From: Candidatus Eiseniibacteriota bacterium
Lineage (GTDB): Bacteria > Eisenbacteria > RBG-16-71-46 > CAVPCR01
Length of the DNA stretch: 64,000 nt
Assembly: GCA_963823555.1 (NCBI GenBank)
Contig: CAWGMA010000003.1
Location: forward strand, 416,001 to 480,000
Reading direction: 5' to 3'
Shown here: one piece after another, positions 53,845-64,000 of the stretch
Layout: each line of letters begins with the position of its first letter
Position numbering within the stretch: the stretch's first letter is position 1
The notes under the pieces: model-generated
Told to the model about the DNA's origin: nothing
What the model saw: the letters and a program-made list of their open reading frames with translations, nothing else
Database searches by the model: none
Translations under genes and position numbers: made by a program

Positions 53845-55061
53845 CAACCTTTCCTTTCGGGAGCGGGATTCTCGTTGGCGGCGGGAGCCTCGTTGGCGGC
53901 GGAGGCCGGGGCGAGGCCGAGCAGCTCGCGCAGGCGCGCGTGAACCACGTCGCCGTCGCGCGCCACCAGGGTCTCGCGGGTGATCTCATCCTCCATGTCG
54001 AGCTTGAGCTGGCCTTCCTTCACGAGATGGAGCAGGAACGTGCTCACGTTCTTGGCGTACATCTGGCTGGCATGGGCGGGCACGGTGCCCGGGAGGTTGG
54101 TCGGGCCGAGGATCGTCACCCCGTGCTCGACCACCGTCTGGTCCGGGCGCGTGAGCTCGCAGTTGCCACCGCGCTCGGCTGCCAGATCGACGACCACCGA
54201 GCCGGGGGCCATGCGCTGGACGGCGTCCTTGGTGACGAGAACCGGGGCCCGCTTGCCGGGGACGGCCGCCGTGGTGATGACGACATCGAATTGCCCGATC
54301 GCGGCGGCCATCGCCTCCTGCTGGCGGCGGTAGAAGTCCTCGCCCATGGCTCGCGCGTAGCCGCCCTTGTCCTCCGCGTCGCCGGCGTCGACGTTGAGCT
54401 CGAGGAACTTCGCCCCCATGCTCATCACCTGTTCCTTGGCCGCGGCCCGCACGTCATAGGCCTCCACCCTCGCGCCGAGGCGACGGGCGGTGGCGATGGC
54501 CTGGAGGCCGGCGACTCCCGCGCCCATGACCAGCACACGCGCCGGCGCCAGCGTGCCGGCTGCGGTCATCATCATGGGGAAGATGCGCGGCAGTGCGATG
54601 GCGGCGAGGAGCACGGCCTTGTACCCGGCGAGCGAGGCCATCGAGGACAGGACGTCCATGCTCTGCGCGCGCGTGATGCGCGGCATCAGCTCGAGCGCGA
54701 AGAGCGAGACGCCGCTCGGTGCGAGCTCCTTCACGTGTTCGGGGGCCGAGAGCGGATCGAGCATGCCGACGAGGACCTGTCCGCGGCGGAGGTGGGCCAT
54801 GTCGGCACGGCCGGCCTCGGGGTTGGCTCCGGCGGCGCGCACGGTGAGGAGGATGTCCGAACCGGCGAACACGTCCGCGCGGGAGGCGACGATCTCCGCC
54901 CCCTTCTCCTCATAGGCCGCATCGAGGAACCCGGCGTCGGCACCCGCACCGGCCTGGATCTTGATCTTGAGTCCGGCCTTGGTGAGGCCAGCCAGAGAGG
55001 CGGGGATCAAGGCGACTCGCTTCTCGCCCGGAAACGATTCCTTGGGAATGCCGACGATCAT
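53844..55061 (-). CDS. pntA: NAD(P) transhydrogenase alpha subunit, part 1
   Basis: GEKRVA, RITRAQSMDVLSS, GAGVAGLQA, DLAAERGGNC. Confidence 0.95.
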   Translation of the reverse strand: MIVGIPKESFPGEKRVALIPASLAGLTKAGLKIKIQAGAGADAGFLDAAYEEKGAEIVASRADVFAGSDILLTVRAAGANPEAGRADMAHLRRGQVLVGMLDPLSAPEHVKELAPSGVSLFALELMPRITRAQSMDVLSSMASLAGYKAVLLAAIALPRIFPMMMTAAGTLAPARVLVMGAGVAGLQAIATARRLGARVEAYDVRAAAKEQVMSMGAKFLELNVDAGDAEDKGGYARAMGEDFYRRQQEAMAAAIGQFDVVITTAAVPGKRAPVLVTKDAVQRMAPGSVVVDLAAERGGNCELTRPDQTVVEHGVTILGPTNLPGTVPAHASQMYAKNVSTFLLHLVKEGQLKLDMEDEITRETLVARDGDVVHARLRELLGLAPASAANEAPAANENPAPERKG

Positions 55062-55273
55062 GGCGTGGACCTCGAGCGTCTTCGCTCTGCGACCGATACC
55101 CATCCGCATCCGGGCTGGCGGTCGCGGCCAGTCGGGGCGGGATCCGGTGGCGCGGAGGGCGCGCTCCGGGCCGCTCGGGCGAGCGGCCGGAGGATTATAC
55201 GCATTTCACGCCGGCTGTCATCCGCTCCGATCGCGAGGACGGGTGTGGTGCGAGATGCGGCCTCGCGGGTGGC

Positions 55274-55711
55274 CTAAGTCCCGATCAGAGCGGAGTGTTC
55301 GACCATCAGACAGCGGTCCATGACCACGAGGATGCCGGCATCGCGGGCGCGTGCGGCCGCCCCCTCGTCGACGATGCCGATCTGCATCCAGATCGCGCGC
55401 ACGCCGCGCTCGATCGCCTCGTCGATGTGCGGGCCGACATGGGACGAACGGCGGAAGAGATCGACGATGTCGATCGGCGTCGCCGCCGGGATCGCGGACA
55501 GGCGCGGGTAGCTCGGTTCACCGAGGATCTCCCCGTGGCCGGGATTGACCGGGATGATCCTGTAGCCGCGTTCCTTGAGGTAGCGGGCGACCCGATAGCT
55601 CGCGCGTTCGGGTTTGGGCGAGAGCCCGACCACGGCGATGTGCCGCGCGTCGAGGAGGAGATCGCGGATCTCGTCGCGGCCGGGGTTGGTCCGGGTCATC
55701 GTTTTCGACAT
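55274..55711 (-). CDS. CoA-binding protein (YccU-like)
   Basis: IAVVGLS.KPERAS..V..YL...GY.IIPVNP; WMQ.G; DRC..EH. Confidence 0.9.
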   Translation of the reverse strand: MSKTMTRTNPGRDEIRDLLLDARHIAVVGLSPKPERASYRVARYLKERGYRIIPVNPGHGEILGEPSYPRLSAIPAATPIDIVDLFRRSSHVGPHIDEAIERGVRAIWMQIGIVDEGAAARARDAGILVVMDRCLMVEHSALIGT

Positions 55712-55817
55712 CCCTCGCTCGGGCCGATGGTGACCTGGCGGCCAGGCCGCCCGGAAGAGAGGGCGACTCTACCATGCGGGCCGCCGCTCCCGGCCGTGAT
55801 GTGGGATAATGCGGCCC

Positions 55818-57152
55818 ATGTTTCGGCCGGTCCAAGAACAGCTGGAGATTCTCCTGTCCGGATGCCTCTTTGCCGACGAGGTCGAGGGCGTCGACATCGG
55901 CGCCTCGGCTCTCGCCGTGGACGCGGCGCCGGGTGGCGGTCCGGGTACCCCCGCCCCGGGTCCGGAGCGGACCCTGCGGACGCAGATGACCGCCGAGCTC
56001 CGCGAGCGTCTCACCGAGAGCGCGCGCACCGGGCGCCCGCTCCGCGTCTACCTGGGCGCCGACCCGACGGCGAAGAGCCTCCACATCGGACACTTCGTGT
56101 CGGTGCAGAAGCTCCGCCAGTTCCAGGAGCTGGGCCATCAGGTCGTGTTCCTGGTCGGTGACTACACGGCCCTCATCGGCGATCCGAGCGGTCAGGAGAG
56201 CGAGCGCAAGCGCCTCACACACGAGCAGGTGACGGAGATGGCGCGCGACTACCAGAGCCAGGTCTTCCGCCTCCTCGATCCCGAGCGCACCGAGGTCCGC
56301 ACCAACGGCGAGTGGCTGGCCAAGATGTCCTTCGCCGACATGATCGAGCTGGCCGCGCTCTTCCCGCTCAAGTGGATCGTGAGCCGGCGCGATTTCGCCG
56401 AACGCCTCGAGCGCGGGGAGTCGCTGCGCCTGCACGAGACGCTCTACAGCATCATGCAGGGCTACGACGCGCATGCTCTCCGGTGCGACGTTCAGGTGGG
56501 TGGCTACGACCAGCACTTCAACCTGCTCGCCGGACGCTGGATCCAGGAACACTTCGGCGAGAAGCCGCACATCATGCTCACGACCCCGCTCTTGCCAGGT
56601 ACCGACGGGCGCAAGATGAGCAAGTCCTACGGCAACGAGATCGCCATCCGTGATCGCGCCGAGGACATCTACGGCAAGACGATGCGGGTGGCCGACGAGT
56701 ATCTCGCGAGCTACATCCAGCTCGCCACGGCCTTCACCCCGGAACGGAAGCGGGAGCTCGTCGCGCGCCTCGAGCGCCCGGGCGAGAACCCGATGACCGT
56801 GAAGAAGGAGCTCGCCTTCCATCTGGTCGAGCTGTACTACGGTCATGACGCGGCGGAGGGTGCGGCGGCGCATTTCCAGACGGTGGTCCAGGAGAAGGCG
56901 GCGCCGGAGGAGGTGGCCGAGGTGCGGTTGCCGGCTGAGCTCGCCCGCGCGGCGGCGGGGGAGGGCGTCAAGTGGCCCGACCTCCTGGTCGCACTCAAGC
57001 TCGCGGCGTCGAAGAGCGAGGTGCGGCGGCTCATGCAGCAAGGCGGGTTCTACGTGGAGCAGGAACCGGTGACGGATGTCGAAGCGCGCTACCGCGGCGG
57101 CGGGGCGCTCATCCGCCTCGGCAAGCGCAAGTACTACCGCCTTGCCGACTAG
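55818..57152 (+). CDS. tyrS: Tyrosine--tRNA ligase
   Basis: YLGADPT..LHIGH, GG.DQ.FN, KMSKS, C-terminal S4-like domain. Confidence 0.95.
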   Translation: MFRPVQEQLEILLSGCLFADEVEGVDIGASALAVDAAPGGGPGTPAPGPERTLRTQMTAELRERLTESARTGRPLRVYLGADPTAKSLHIGHFVSVQKLRQFQELGHQVVFLVGDYTALIGDPSGQESERKRLTHEQVTEMARDYQSQVFRLLDPERTEVRTNGEWLAKMSFADMIELAALFPLKWIVSRRDFAERLERGESLRLHETLYSIMQGYDAHALRCDVQVGGYDQHFNLLAGRWIQEHFGEKPHIMLTTPLLPGTDGRKMSKSYGNEIAIRDRAEDIYGKTMRVADEYLASYIQLATAFTPERKRELVARLERPGENPMTVKKELAFHLVELYYGHDAAEGAAAHFQTVVQEKAAPEEVAEVRLPAELARAAAGEGVKWPDLLVALKLAASKSEVRRLMQQGGFYVEQEPVTDVEARYRGGGALIRLGKRKYYRLAD

Positions 57153-57255
57153 GTCCGGGCCGCCGGAACGGGAGCGGCGCCGCGGGCGCTCCCGGGCTCC
57201 CCGTTCCGGGGGGCGAGGGGGGCGCCGGGAGGGCGCCACCACCCGCGCCACGCTG

Positions 57256-59130
57256 ATGCGCCTGCCAGGGTCTCTACGGTGGGTTTCCGGCTTCAATGCC
57301 GTGCTCGAGCGCTTGCCGGGACCGGTGTGGGCGGTGGCGGGGGCGGTGCTGGCTCTTGCCTTTCTCCTTCTCGCTTGCCGCGGCGCGCCGGTCGGCACCG
57401 CCGTCGCGGACGACTACGCCTACCTCGGAAAGCTGCTCTTTGCCGGGAAAATCGACCTCTTCGATTCGATGGGATCGCCCTTCTACTGGCGCCCGCTGAG
57501 CCGGCAGGTCTACTTCTCCGCGGTCGGCCCCTGGCTCAGGGTGGCGCCCTGGGGGGCGGTGGCCTTGCATGCCACGATGCTGCTTCTCATCTACGCCGTC
57601 ATCTACCGGACGGCAAGGCGCATCTTCTCGCCGCCGGTGGCGGCCGCCATGGCGGGTTTTCCTCTGCTCGCCGAGCCGACGCGCGTGCTCCTGGCGTGGC
57701 CCAGCGGGGCGCATTATCTGTTGCTCCTCCTCGCCGCGGCGGCGGCGCTCGCCGCCGGCTTCGCCGGCAAGCGCTTGCCGGCAGCGCTCGCCGCGGGTGC
57801 GGCGCTCCTCGCTCATGAGTCTGGGCTGCTCGTCCTGGCCGCGCTGCCGGTGGCGGCCTATTTCCATTCGCACGAGCGCCGGCGGGTCCAGAGCTGGGCC
57901 CTTCTCGCCGTGGTCATCGGCGTCGCGTGGGCTGCGGGGATCGGAGTGGCGCGGGCACACGGCGTGAGCTGGCCTGCCGGCGGTGATGCCGCAGTCAGCG
58001 CGTGGTCCTCGGCGCCACGGGTTCTCATGGAGAGCCTCTCCGCACAACTCAACTTCGAGGACCTTCGCGGCGTCGACCGCATCATCCTGCTCTCGTCGTA
58101 CGGCGTGCTCATCCTCGCCGCGCTGGTGGCCGCCGCCGAAGCCGGGGCGCGGGCCCGACTGCGGCGGCAGGCTCCTCTCCTCCTCGGTGGGCTCATCTGG
58201 TTTGTCGCCGGCTCCCTCCCGCAGGTTGTCGTGCCGCCGTGGAATTCATGGCGGACCACGCTGCCGGCGCTCGGATTGGGAGTGGCTGCGACCTCGGCGG
58301 CCGGCGCTCTGCACCCGGGTCTTGCTGTGGGCCTGGCTGCCAGCCGCGGTCTCGGCCTCCTCCTGGCGGAACCGGCGCCCACCGTGGTCGCGACCGAGCC
58401 GCCATCATCAGCCTCGCAGATCTCCTTCACGCGGCTCGCGCGTCTGCAGCGCACCGTTCGGGCCACGGAGCGCGCGCTCCTCGGGCGCCATGCGGAGCTG
58501 CCGCCGGGTGCGGACGTTCGCTACTGGGCCATGCCGCGGATGACCGAACTCGCCTTTCTCGGCCAGGCGGCGCCGCGCGTGTGGTACGGCGACTCGACCC
58601 TGACCTGGCTCGGATTCGGCGGCGACCAGGGGTTCCGGCGCCGCCCGCCCGACGCGATCGTGCAGTTCAGCCCTGATCGACGCGATTCCGAGCTCGCCGT
58701 GGTCATCGAGCCCGAGGCGTTCCGCTTCTACGCCGGGGCGCGTATCGCCTTCAACAACGAGCAGGACCGGCTGGCCGATTCGCTGTTCACGCGTGCCGCA
58801 CGCGCCCAGCCGCGTCTGGCGCCTGAGTATCTGGCCTGCGTGGCGCGCGATCAGGCTCGTCTTGCCTACAACCAGGGTGAGCTCGCCCGCGCCGACTCGC
58901 TGAATCAGCTCGATCTGCGCTACGGCGGAGAGACTCCCTATCATGCGGCGCTCGCCGCGCATATCGCCTACCAGCGCGGCGATCGAGGGGCCGCGCGGCG
59001 CTGGCTCCGGGTCTGTCTGTCGCTGGATCCGAATCATCCCGAGGGACGCCAGCTCGCGCAGGCGATGGGGTTGACGCCGATATTCGCCGACCCCGGCGCC
59101 GAGGGCAGAGCGTTGCCGCCGGGTCCGTAG
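57256..59130 (+). CDS. Multi-pass membrane protein (GT-C-like) with C-terminal TPR-like helices
   Basis: DDY and YWRPL motifs, many TM helices, LDPN.P. Confidence 0.6.
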   Translation: MRLPGSLRWVSGFNAVLERLPGPVWAVAGAVLALAFLLLACRGAPVGTAVADDYAYLGKLLFAGKIDLFDSMGSPFYWRPLSRQVYFSAVGPWLRVAPWGAVALHATMLLLIYAVIYRTARRIFSPPVAAAMAGFPLLAEPTRVLLAWPSGAHYLLLLLAAAAALAAGFAGKRLPAALAAGAALLAHESGLLVLAALPVAAYFHSHERRRVQSWALLAVVIGVAWAAGIGVARAHGVSWPAGGDAAVSAWSSAPRVLMESLSAQLNFEDLRGVDRIILLSSYGVLILAALVAAAEAGARARLRRQAPLLLGGLIWFVAGSLPQVVVPPWNSWRTTLPALGLGVAATSAAGALHPGLAVGLAASRGLGLLLAEPAPTVVATEPPSSASQISFTRLARLQRTVRATERALLGRHAELPPGADVRYWAMPRMTELAFLGQAAPRVWYGDSTLTWLGFGGDQGFRRRPPDAIVQFSPDRRDSELAVVIEPEAFRFYAGARIAFNNEQDRLADSLFTRAARAQPRLAPEYLACVARDQARLAYNQGELARADSLNQLDLRYGGETPYHAALAAHIAYQRGDRGAARRWLRVCLSLDPNHPEGRQLAQAMGLTPIFADPGAEGRALPPGP

Positions 59131-59181
59131 GCAAGGTCCGGCCTCTGGCGGCGCTCGCCTCGAGAAGAGCGCCTCGAGCCG

Positions 59182-61803
59182 CTAGCGCGCGAGTACGAGG
59201 CGCTGGGTCATCACCACGCCCGGCGCTTCGATCCGTGCGAAGTAGATCCCCGAGCCCAGGCCGAGCTTTCCGGCATCGATCACCAGAACATGCGTTCCGC
59301 GCTCGACCGGGCGGTCGAGGAGCGTGGCTCTGGCGCGCCCGGTCACGTCGATGACCCGGACCGTGACCGGAGCGGAAGCGTCGATGGCGAAGCGGAGCGT
59401 CGTCGTCGACGTGAAGGGATTCGGGGAAGGGGTGAGAAGCGTGAGCCCGGGACTCGGAACCGGCGGGAGGTCGGTGACAGCGTTCGAGGGATCGATGAGC
59501 GGGCGCTCGTAGACCCCGTTGCCGTGCGTGGCGGCGCGCAGCAGGCGACCGGTCGGGGGCGCCGTCCTTATGTAGACGACGGAAAGATCCATCACGATCG
59601 CCGGTCCCGGCATGCCGCTGACGAATTCCTGCCAGTTCTCGCCGCCGTCGGTCGAGGCATAGACGCCGAGGTCGTTCCCGAAGTAGAGGTGGTCGCGGTA
59701 ATCGGGATCGATGGCGATGGCCGAGGAGGGGACATCGGGGAGCGCCGTGCTGAGATCGGTCCACGTGGTACCGGCATCGGTGGTACGAAAGAGATGACCG
59801 GTGCCGAAGCCCGAGAACACCGCGTACGCGATCTCGTGGTTCACCGGATCGACGGCGAGGTCGACCGGGTAGCGATCGGGCAGCGTCCCGGTCACGTCCT
59901 GCCAGTTCTCGCCGCCGTCGGTGGTCAGGAAGATGCGGGCGCGCGATTCGACGGGCGCCGTACTGACATAGACCCAGTCGGGTGATGTCGATGAGATGCC
60001 CATCGCCAGCGCGGGGTTGCCGTCGAGCGGGGCCTCGTCGTTGGTCGGCGTCCAGTTCTGGCCGCCGTCCGTCGATCGGTAGATCTTGGTGCGTCCCGCG
60101 TACATGATCTCCGGAGCCGCCGGCGAGAGGAGATAGGGCGCGATGAAGGCCGGGGTCTCGGTACCCATGCCGGCGGTCGCCGTCTCCCAGGTCGCGCCGC
60201 CGTCGGTCGAGCGCCAGATGCGCAGGTACTGAGCTGATCCGTAGAGGATGTCGGGATTTCCGGGATGCATGGCGGTCCAGGCCCCATCGCCCCCGATGAG
60301 CTTCCGGCGCCACGACACCGATCCCTCGTAGAGATTGGTCCAGCTGTCTTGAAGGCCGCCGATCGCCAGGCTCTGGTCCAGTGCGGACGATGTGAAGCCG
60401 TTGTAGAACTGCGCGGACTGGTAGCCGCCGTTGCGTCCCTCGAAGGTCTGCCCGCCGTCGGTGCTCAGGAACACACCGCCATCGGTGCCGAAGTAGAGCG
60501 TGTCGGGGCGTGCCGGATCGTGGATCACGAAGTGATGATCGGCGTGCGCGTAGTCGGGCGGGCCCTCGGGCTCGCCCGCCGGGACGATACCGGTGTACGC
60601 CTGGTCCGAGTAGGAGACCGCTTGCAGCTGGCGCCCGCCATGCGTCGAGCGCCAGATATTGAGCCCGCCGCACAGGACGAGCGTCGAGTCATTGGGGTCG
60701 ACGTGTACCCAGTGCGAGTACCAGCCCTGGTAGGAGGCGTAGTTGGTGGGGTTCAGGCGCTGCCAGCTATCGCCGAAATCGGTCGACCGGTAGAGCCCGA
60801 GGCCGGCTTCCGCATTGGCGAGGCTCGCGTAGACGACGTTCGGGCTCGCCTCGTAGATGTCGAGCCAGCCCTTCCCGGACCACTCCTCCGGAAGCCCGTC
60901 GGCGAGCCGCTCCCAGGTGGCGCCGGCGTTGGTGGAACGATAGAGGCCGGTGCCGGGGCTCCCGAGATCGCCACAGGCGACATAGACGCGATCGGGGTTC
61001 GAAGCATCGATGACGACGTGCATCGCCATCAGCACATCGTGCACCTCTACCCAGCTCGCCCCGCCGTCGGTCGTCTTGTAGACGCCCTCGGTGGTGCCGG
61101 CATACACGATGTCGGGATCGGTGGGGTGCATGGCGAGCGAGGCGACACCACGCTTCTGGTTGTAGGACCAGTCGAGCGAGTGGTTCCAGGTCTGGCCGCC
61201 GTCGGTGGTCTTCAGGATGCCGATGCCGTAGGAGCCGCGGGTCAAGCGGATGGCGAGCCCGCCGAGCGCGTTCTGGTAGCCGTAGACCTCACCGGTCCCG
61301 ATGAAGAGGGTGTTGGAGTCCTGGGGAGCGATGGCGATCGAGCTGACGCCGAGGACAGGGAAGCCGGTGTCGACGAGATCCCAGGCATCGGCTCCGACGC
61401 CGGTGTTGAAGGTGCGCCAGAGCCCGCCGGAGGCGGCACCCGCCCACAGGGTCCGGGGGTTCTGGGGGTTCATGGCGACGGCGAGGGTGCGGCCGCCGAT
61501 GTTGTGCGGCCCGATCTCCTGCCAGGGATCGACGCCGCCGTCGGCGCGGTCGAGGGCGCCCCCGGCGAGCATCGCCTTGGAGTAGGCGAAGGCGGCGGCG
61601 TGGCCGACGTCGGGGATCACCTTCCCCGGATACGCGCGGGCGTTCGCCCAGAATTCGAGAGCGGCGAGGGCCTCGCTCGGCGAGGTCGGAGGAGCCGGGT
61701 CGCGGCTCGACTCACGCGGGGATGCGTACCGGGCCGCCACGGCGGCCACCATGACGGCGACGGCGAGCCGTAGCGCCGGCGATGTGCGAGGGCCGCCCAG
61801 CAT
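59182..61803 (-). CDS. Secreted BNR/Asp-box repeat beta-propeller with C-terminal T9SS/FlgD-like domain
   Basis: Repeated S/TTDGG..W; HADHH; ATHG.GV; PNPF..DVTGR..GIYF. Confidence 0.88.
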   Translation of the reverse strand: MLGGPRTSPALRLAVAVMVAAVAARYASPRESSRDPAPPTSPSEALAALEFWANARAYPGKVIPDVGHAAAFAYSKAMLAGGALDRADGGVDPWQEIGPHNIGGRTLAVAMNPQNPRTLWAGAASGGLWRTFNTGVGADAWDLVDTGFPVLGVSSIAIAPQDSNTLFIGTGEVYGYQNALGGLAIRLTRGSYGIGILKTTDGGQTWNHSLDWSYNQKRGVASLAMHPTDPDIVYAGTTEGVYKTTDGGASWVEVHDVLMAMHVVIDASNPDRVYVACGDLGSPGTGLYRSTNAGATWERLADGLPEEWSGKGWLDIYEASPNVVYASLANAEAGLGLYRSTDFGDSWQRLNPTNYASYQGWYSHWVHVDPNDSTLVLCGGLNIWRSTHGGRQLQAVSYSDQAYTGIVPAGEPEGPPDYAHADHHFVIHDPARPDTLYFGTDGGVFLSTDGGQTFEGRNGGYQSAQFYNGFTSSALDQSLAIGGLQDSWTNLYEGSVSWRRKLIGGDGAWTAMHPGNPDILYGSAQYLRIWRSTDGGATWETATAGMGTETPAFIAPYLLSPAAPEIMYAGRTKIYRSTDGGQNWTPTNDEAPLDGNPALAMGISSTSPDWVYVSTAPVESRARIFLTTDGGENWQDVTGTLPDRYPVDLAVDPVNHEIAYAVFSGFGTGHLFRTTDAGTTWTDLSTALPDVPSSAIAIDPDYRDHLYFGNDLGVYASTDGGENWQEFVSGMPGPAIVMDLSVVYIRTAPPTGRLLRAATHGNGVYERPLIDPSNAVTDLPPVPSPGLTLLTPSPNPFTSTTTLRFAIDASAPVTVRVIDVTGRARATLLDRPVERGTHVLVIDAGKLGLGSGIYFARIEAPGVVMTQRLVLAR

Positions 61804-61886
61804 GGGGTCTCACTCCTCAGTGCTTCCGGACGAGGACCCTCTGCCGCTTGTCCGCGATGGCAGAGCGGCAGAGGGTCCCGTCGTTC

Positions 61887-64000
61887 CTAGCGGGCGAGGA
61901 CGAGGCGCTGGCTCTGAACCTCGCCTCGCGCCTCGACGCGCGCGATGTACACGCCGGCCGCCAGCCCGAGCCGGCTGGCATCGAGCACCACCCTGTGTTC
62001 GCCGCTCTCGACCCGACCATCCAGGAGCGTGGCCACGGCGCGTCCGGTGACGTCATAGACGTGCACCGAAACCGGCATCGCCCGATCGACGGCGAAGCGG
62101 ATCGTGGTGGCACCGGCGAACGGATTCGGTGTGGCCGCGAAGAGACGGAGCCCGGCGGCGGGAGCCGCTTCCGGCTCGCCCATCCCCGCGCTCGGGTCGA
62201 TGAGCGGGCGCTCGTAGACGCCGTTGCCGTGGGTAACGGCTCGGATCCGGCGCTCCAGGCGCACCACCGAGAGATCCATCACGATGGAGGCCGAGGGCAT
62301 GCCGAGCATGTATTCCTGCCAGGTCTGGCCGGCGTCGGTGGAGGCGTAGACGCCGACATCGTTCCCGAAGTAGAGGACGTTCGGATAGTCGGGATCGACC
62401 AGGATGGCGGAGGAAGGCACATCGGGAAGCGCCGCGCTCAGATCCGACCATGATGCGCCGGCATCGGTGGTGCGAAAGAGATGGCCGGTGCCGAAACCGG
62501 AGAAGGCGACATAGGCAATCGTGTGGTCGACCGGATCGACGGCGATGTCCACCGGGTAGCGATCGGGGAGGCTTCCCGTCACGTTGGTCCAGGACGCACC
62601 GCTATTGGTCGTCAGGAACACCCCGGCCCTCGTGCTCGTGGGCGCGGTACCGACATACACCCAGTCGGGCGAGAGCTGGGAGATGCCCATCGCCAGCGCC
62701 ATGTTGCCGTCGAGCGGCAGGTTCGAGTTCGTCGCGGACCAGCTCGAGGCGCCGTTCGACGTGCGGTAGATCTTGGTCCGTCCTGCATACATGATGTTGG
62801 GCACAGCCGGCGACAGCACGTAGGGAGCCGCGAACGCCACGTCATCGCTGCCGATTCCCGAGGTGGCGCTCGCGAACGTCTGACCGGTGTTGGTCGATTT
62901 GCGGATGGCGAGGTACTGCGAGGTTCCGAACATGATGTTGGTCTGGAGCGGATGCATGGCCGTCCAGCAGCCGTCGCCCCCGATCACGCGCCGCCAGCCG
63001 AGGTTGCCCTCGTAGATCGCCGTCGCGTTGTCCTGCATGCCGCCGATCGCCAGGTTGTTGTCGAGGAGCGCGCTCGAGAAACCGTTGTAGAACTGGGTCG
63101 ACTGGTAGCCGCCGTTGTGTCCCTCGAAGGTCTGCCCGCCGTTGGTGCTCAGGAACACACCGCCATCGGTGCCGAAGTAGAGCGTGTCGGGGCGTGCTGG
63201 ATCGTGGATCACGGAGTGATGATCGGCGTGCGCGTAGTTGGGCGGACCCTCGGGGCCGCCGGGCGGCACGTTGCCGAAATACCAGGCGCTCCAGTCCGAA
63301 ACCCGGCTCAGGGTGCGCCCCCCGTTCGTCGAGCGGAAGATGTCGACTCCGGCGCAGAGAACATAGGTCGAGTCGGTGGGGTCGACGTGTACCCAGTGCG
63401 AGTACCAGCCCTGGTAGGTGGCGTAGTTGGTCGAGTTCAGGAATTGCCAGCTATCGCCGTAGTCGATGGAGCGATAGAGCCCGATCCCGGACTCCGCATT
63501 GGCGAGGCTCGCGTAGACGACGTTCGGGCTCGCCTCGTAGATGTCGAGCCAGCCCTTCCCGGACCAGGTCGAGGGGAGCCCGGTCGAGAGCTGCGTCCAG
63601 TTCTGGCCGGCGTTGGTGGAGCGATAGAGGCCGGTGCCGGGGCTCCCGAGATCGCCACAGGCGACATAGACGCGATCGGGGTTCGAAGCATCGATGACGA
63701 CGTGCATCGCCATCAGCACATCGTGCACCTCTACCCAGCTCGCCCCGCCGTCGGTCGTCTTGTAGACGCCCTCGGTGGTGCCGGCATACACGATGTCGGG
63801 ATCGGTGGGGTGCATGGCGAGCGAGGCGACACCACGCTTCTGGTTGTAGGACCAGTCGAGCGAGTGGTTCCAGGTCTGGCCGCCGTCGGTGGTCTTCAGG
63901 ATGCCGATGCCGTAGGAGCCGCGGGTCAAGCGGATGGCGAGCCCGCCGAGCGCGTTCTGGTAGCCGTAGACCTCACCGGTCCCGATGAAGAGGGTGTTGG
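61887..64000 (-). CDS. Tandem paralog BNR beta-propeller with T9SS/FlgD-like tail (5' end beyond window)
   Basis: Same architecture; frame continues to the window edge. Confidence 0.88.
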   Translation of the reverse strand, partial: NTLFIGTGEVYGYQNALGGLAIRLTRGSYGIGILKTTDGGQTWNHSLDWSYNQKRGVASLAMHPTDPDIVYAGTTEGVYKTTDGGASWVEVHDVLMAMHVVIDASNPDRVYVACGDLGSPGTGLYRSTNAGQNWTQLSTGLPSTWSGKGWLDIYEASPNVVYASLANAESGIGLYRSIDYGDSWQFLNSTNYATYQGWYSHWVHVDPTDSTYVLCAGVDIFRSTNGGRTLSRVSDWSAWYFGNVPPGGPEGPPNYAHADHHSVIHDPARPDTLYFGTDGGVFLSTNGGQTFEGHNGGYQSTQFYNGFSSALLDNNLAIGGMQDNATAIYEGNLGWRRVIGGDGCWTAMHPLQTNIMFGTSQYLAIRKSTNTGQTFASATSGIGSDDVAFAAPYVLSPAVPNIMYAGRTKIYRTSNGASSWSATNSNLPLDGNMALAMGISQLSPDWVYVGTAPTSTRAGVFLTTNSGASWTNVTGSLPDRYPVDIAVDPVDHTIAYVAFSGFGTGHLFRTTDAGASWSDLSAALPDVPSSAILVDPDYPNVLYFGNDVGVYASTDAGQTWQEYMLGMPSASIVMDLSVVRLERRIRAVTHGNGVYERPLIDPSAGMGEPEAAPAAGLRLFAATPNPFAGATTIRFAVDRAMPVSVHVYDVTGRAVATLLDGRVESGEHRVVLDASRLGLAAGVYIARVEARGEVQSQRLVLAR

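Overview
GC-rich bacterial chromosome segment. The protein families suggest a Ca. Eisenbacteria / Krumholzibacteria / Latescibacteria-like organism (inference only). Bases 174-16859 form an integron-type gene-cassette array: 14 intact 158-175 bp attC-like repeats, one split by a decayed IS21 and one collapsed to an 18-bp scar, delimiting 15 cassettes. No integrase or attI lies in the window; the orientation predicts them upstream of base 1. In 14 of 15 cassettes the first 11-17 bp are the (near-)reverse complement of that cassette's last bases, the signature of recombination at G|TT. Eight cassettes carry toxin-antitoxin-like pairs, several with their own promoters or operators. The other seven encode mostly exported-looking proteins. 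Several are paralogs of attC-less genes just downstream (16918-19698) and end either in a short (S/T)WGx(I/V)K tail or in a T9SS/FlgD-like Ig domain. The rest is mostly core genome: a SprA-like lipoprotein, an AglB/STT3-like oligosaccharyltransferase, family B DNA polymerase, tRNA-Met, guaB, an HD-GYP regulator, an ars cluster, a full atp operon (atpD frameshifted, probably a sequencing indel), pntAB, tyrS and two tandem BNR-repeat beta-propeller paralogs.
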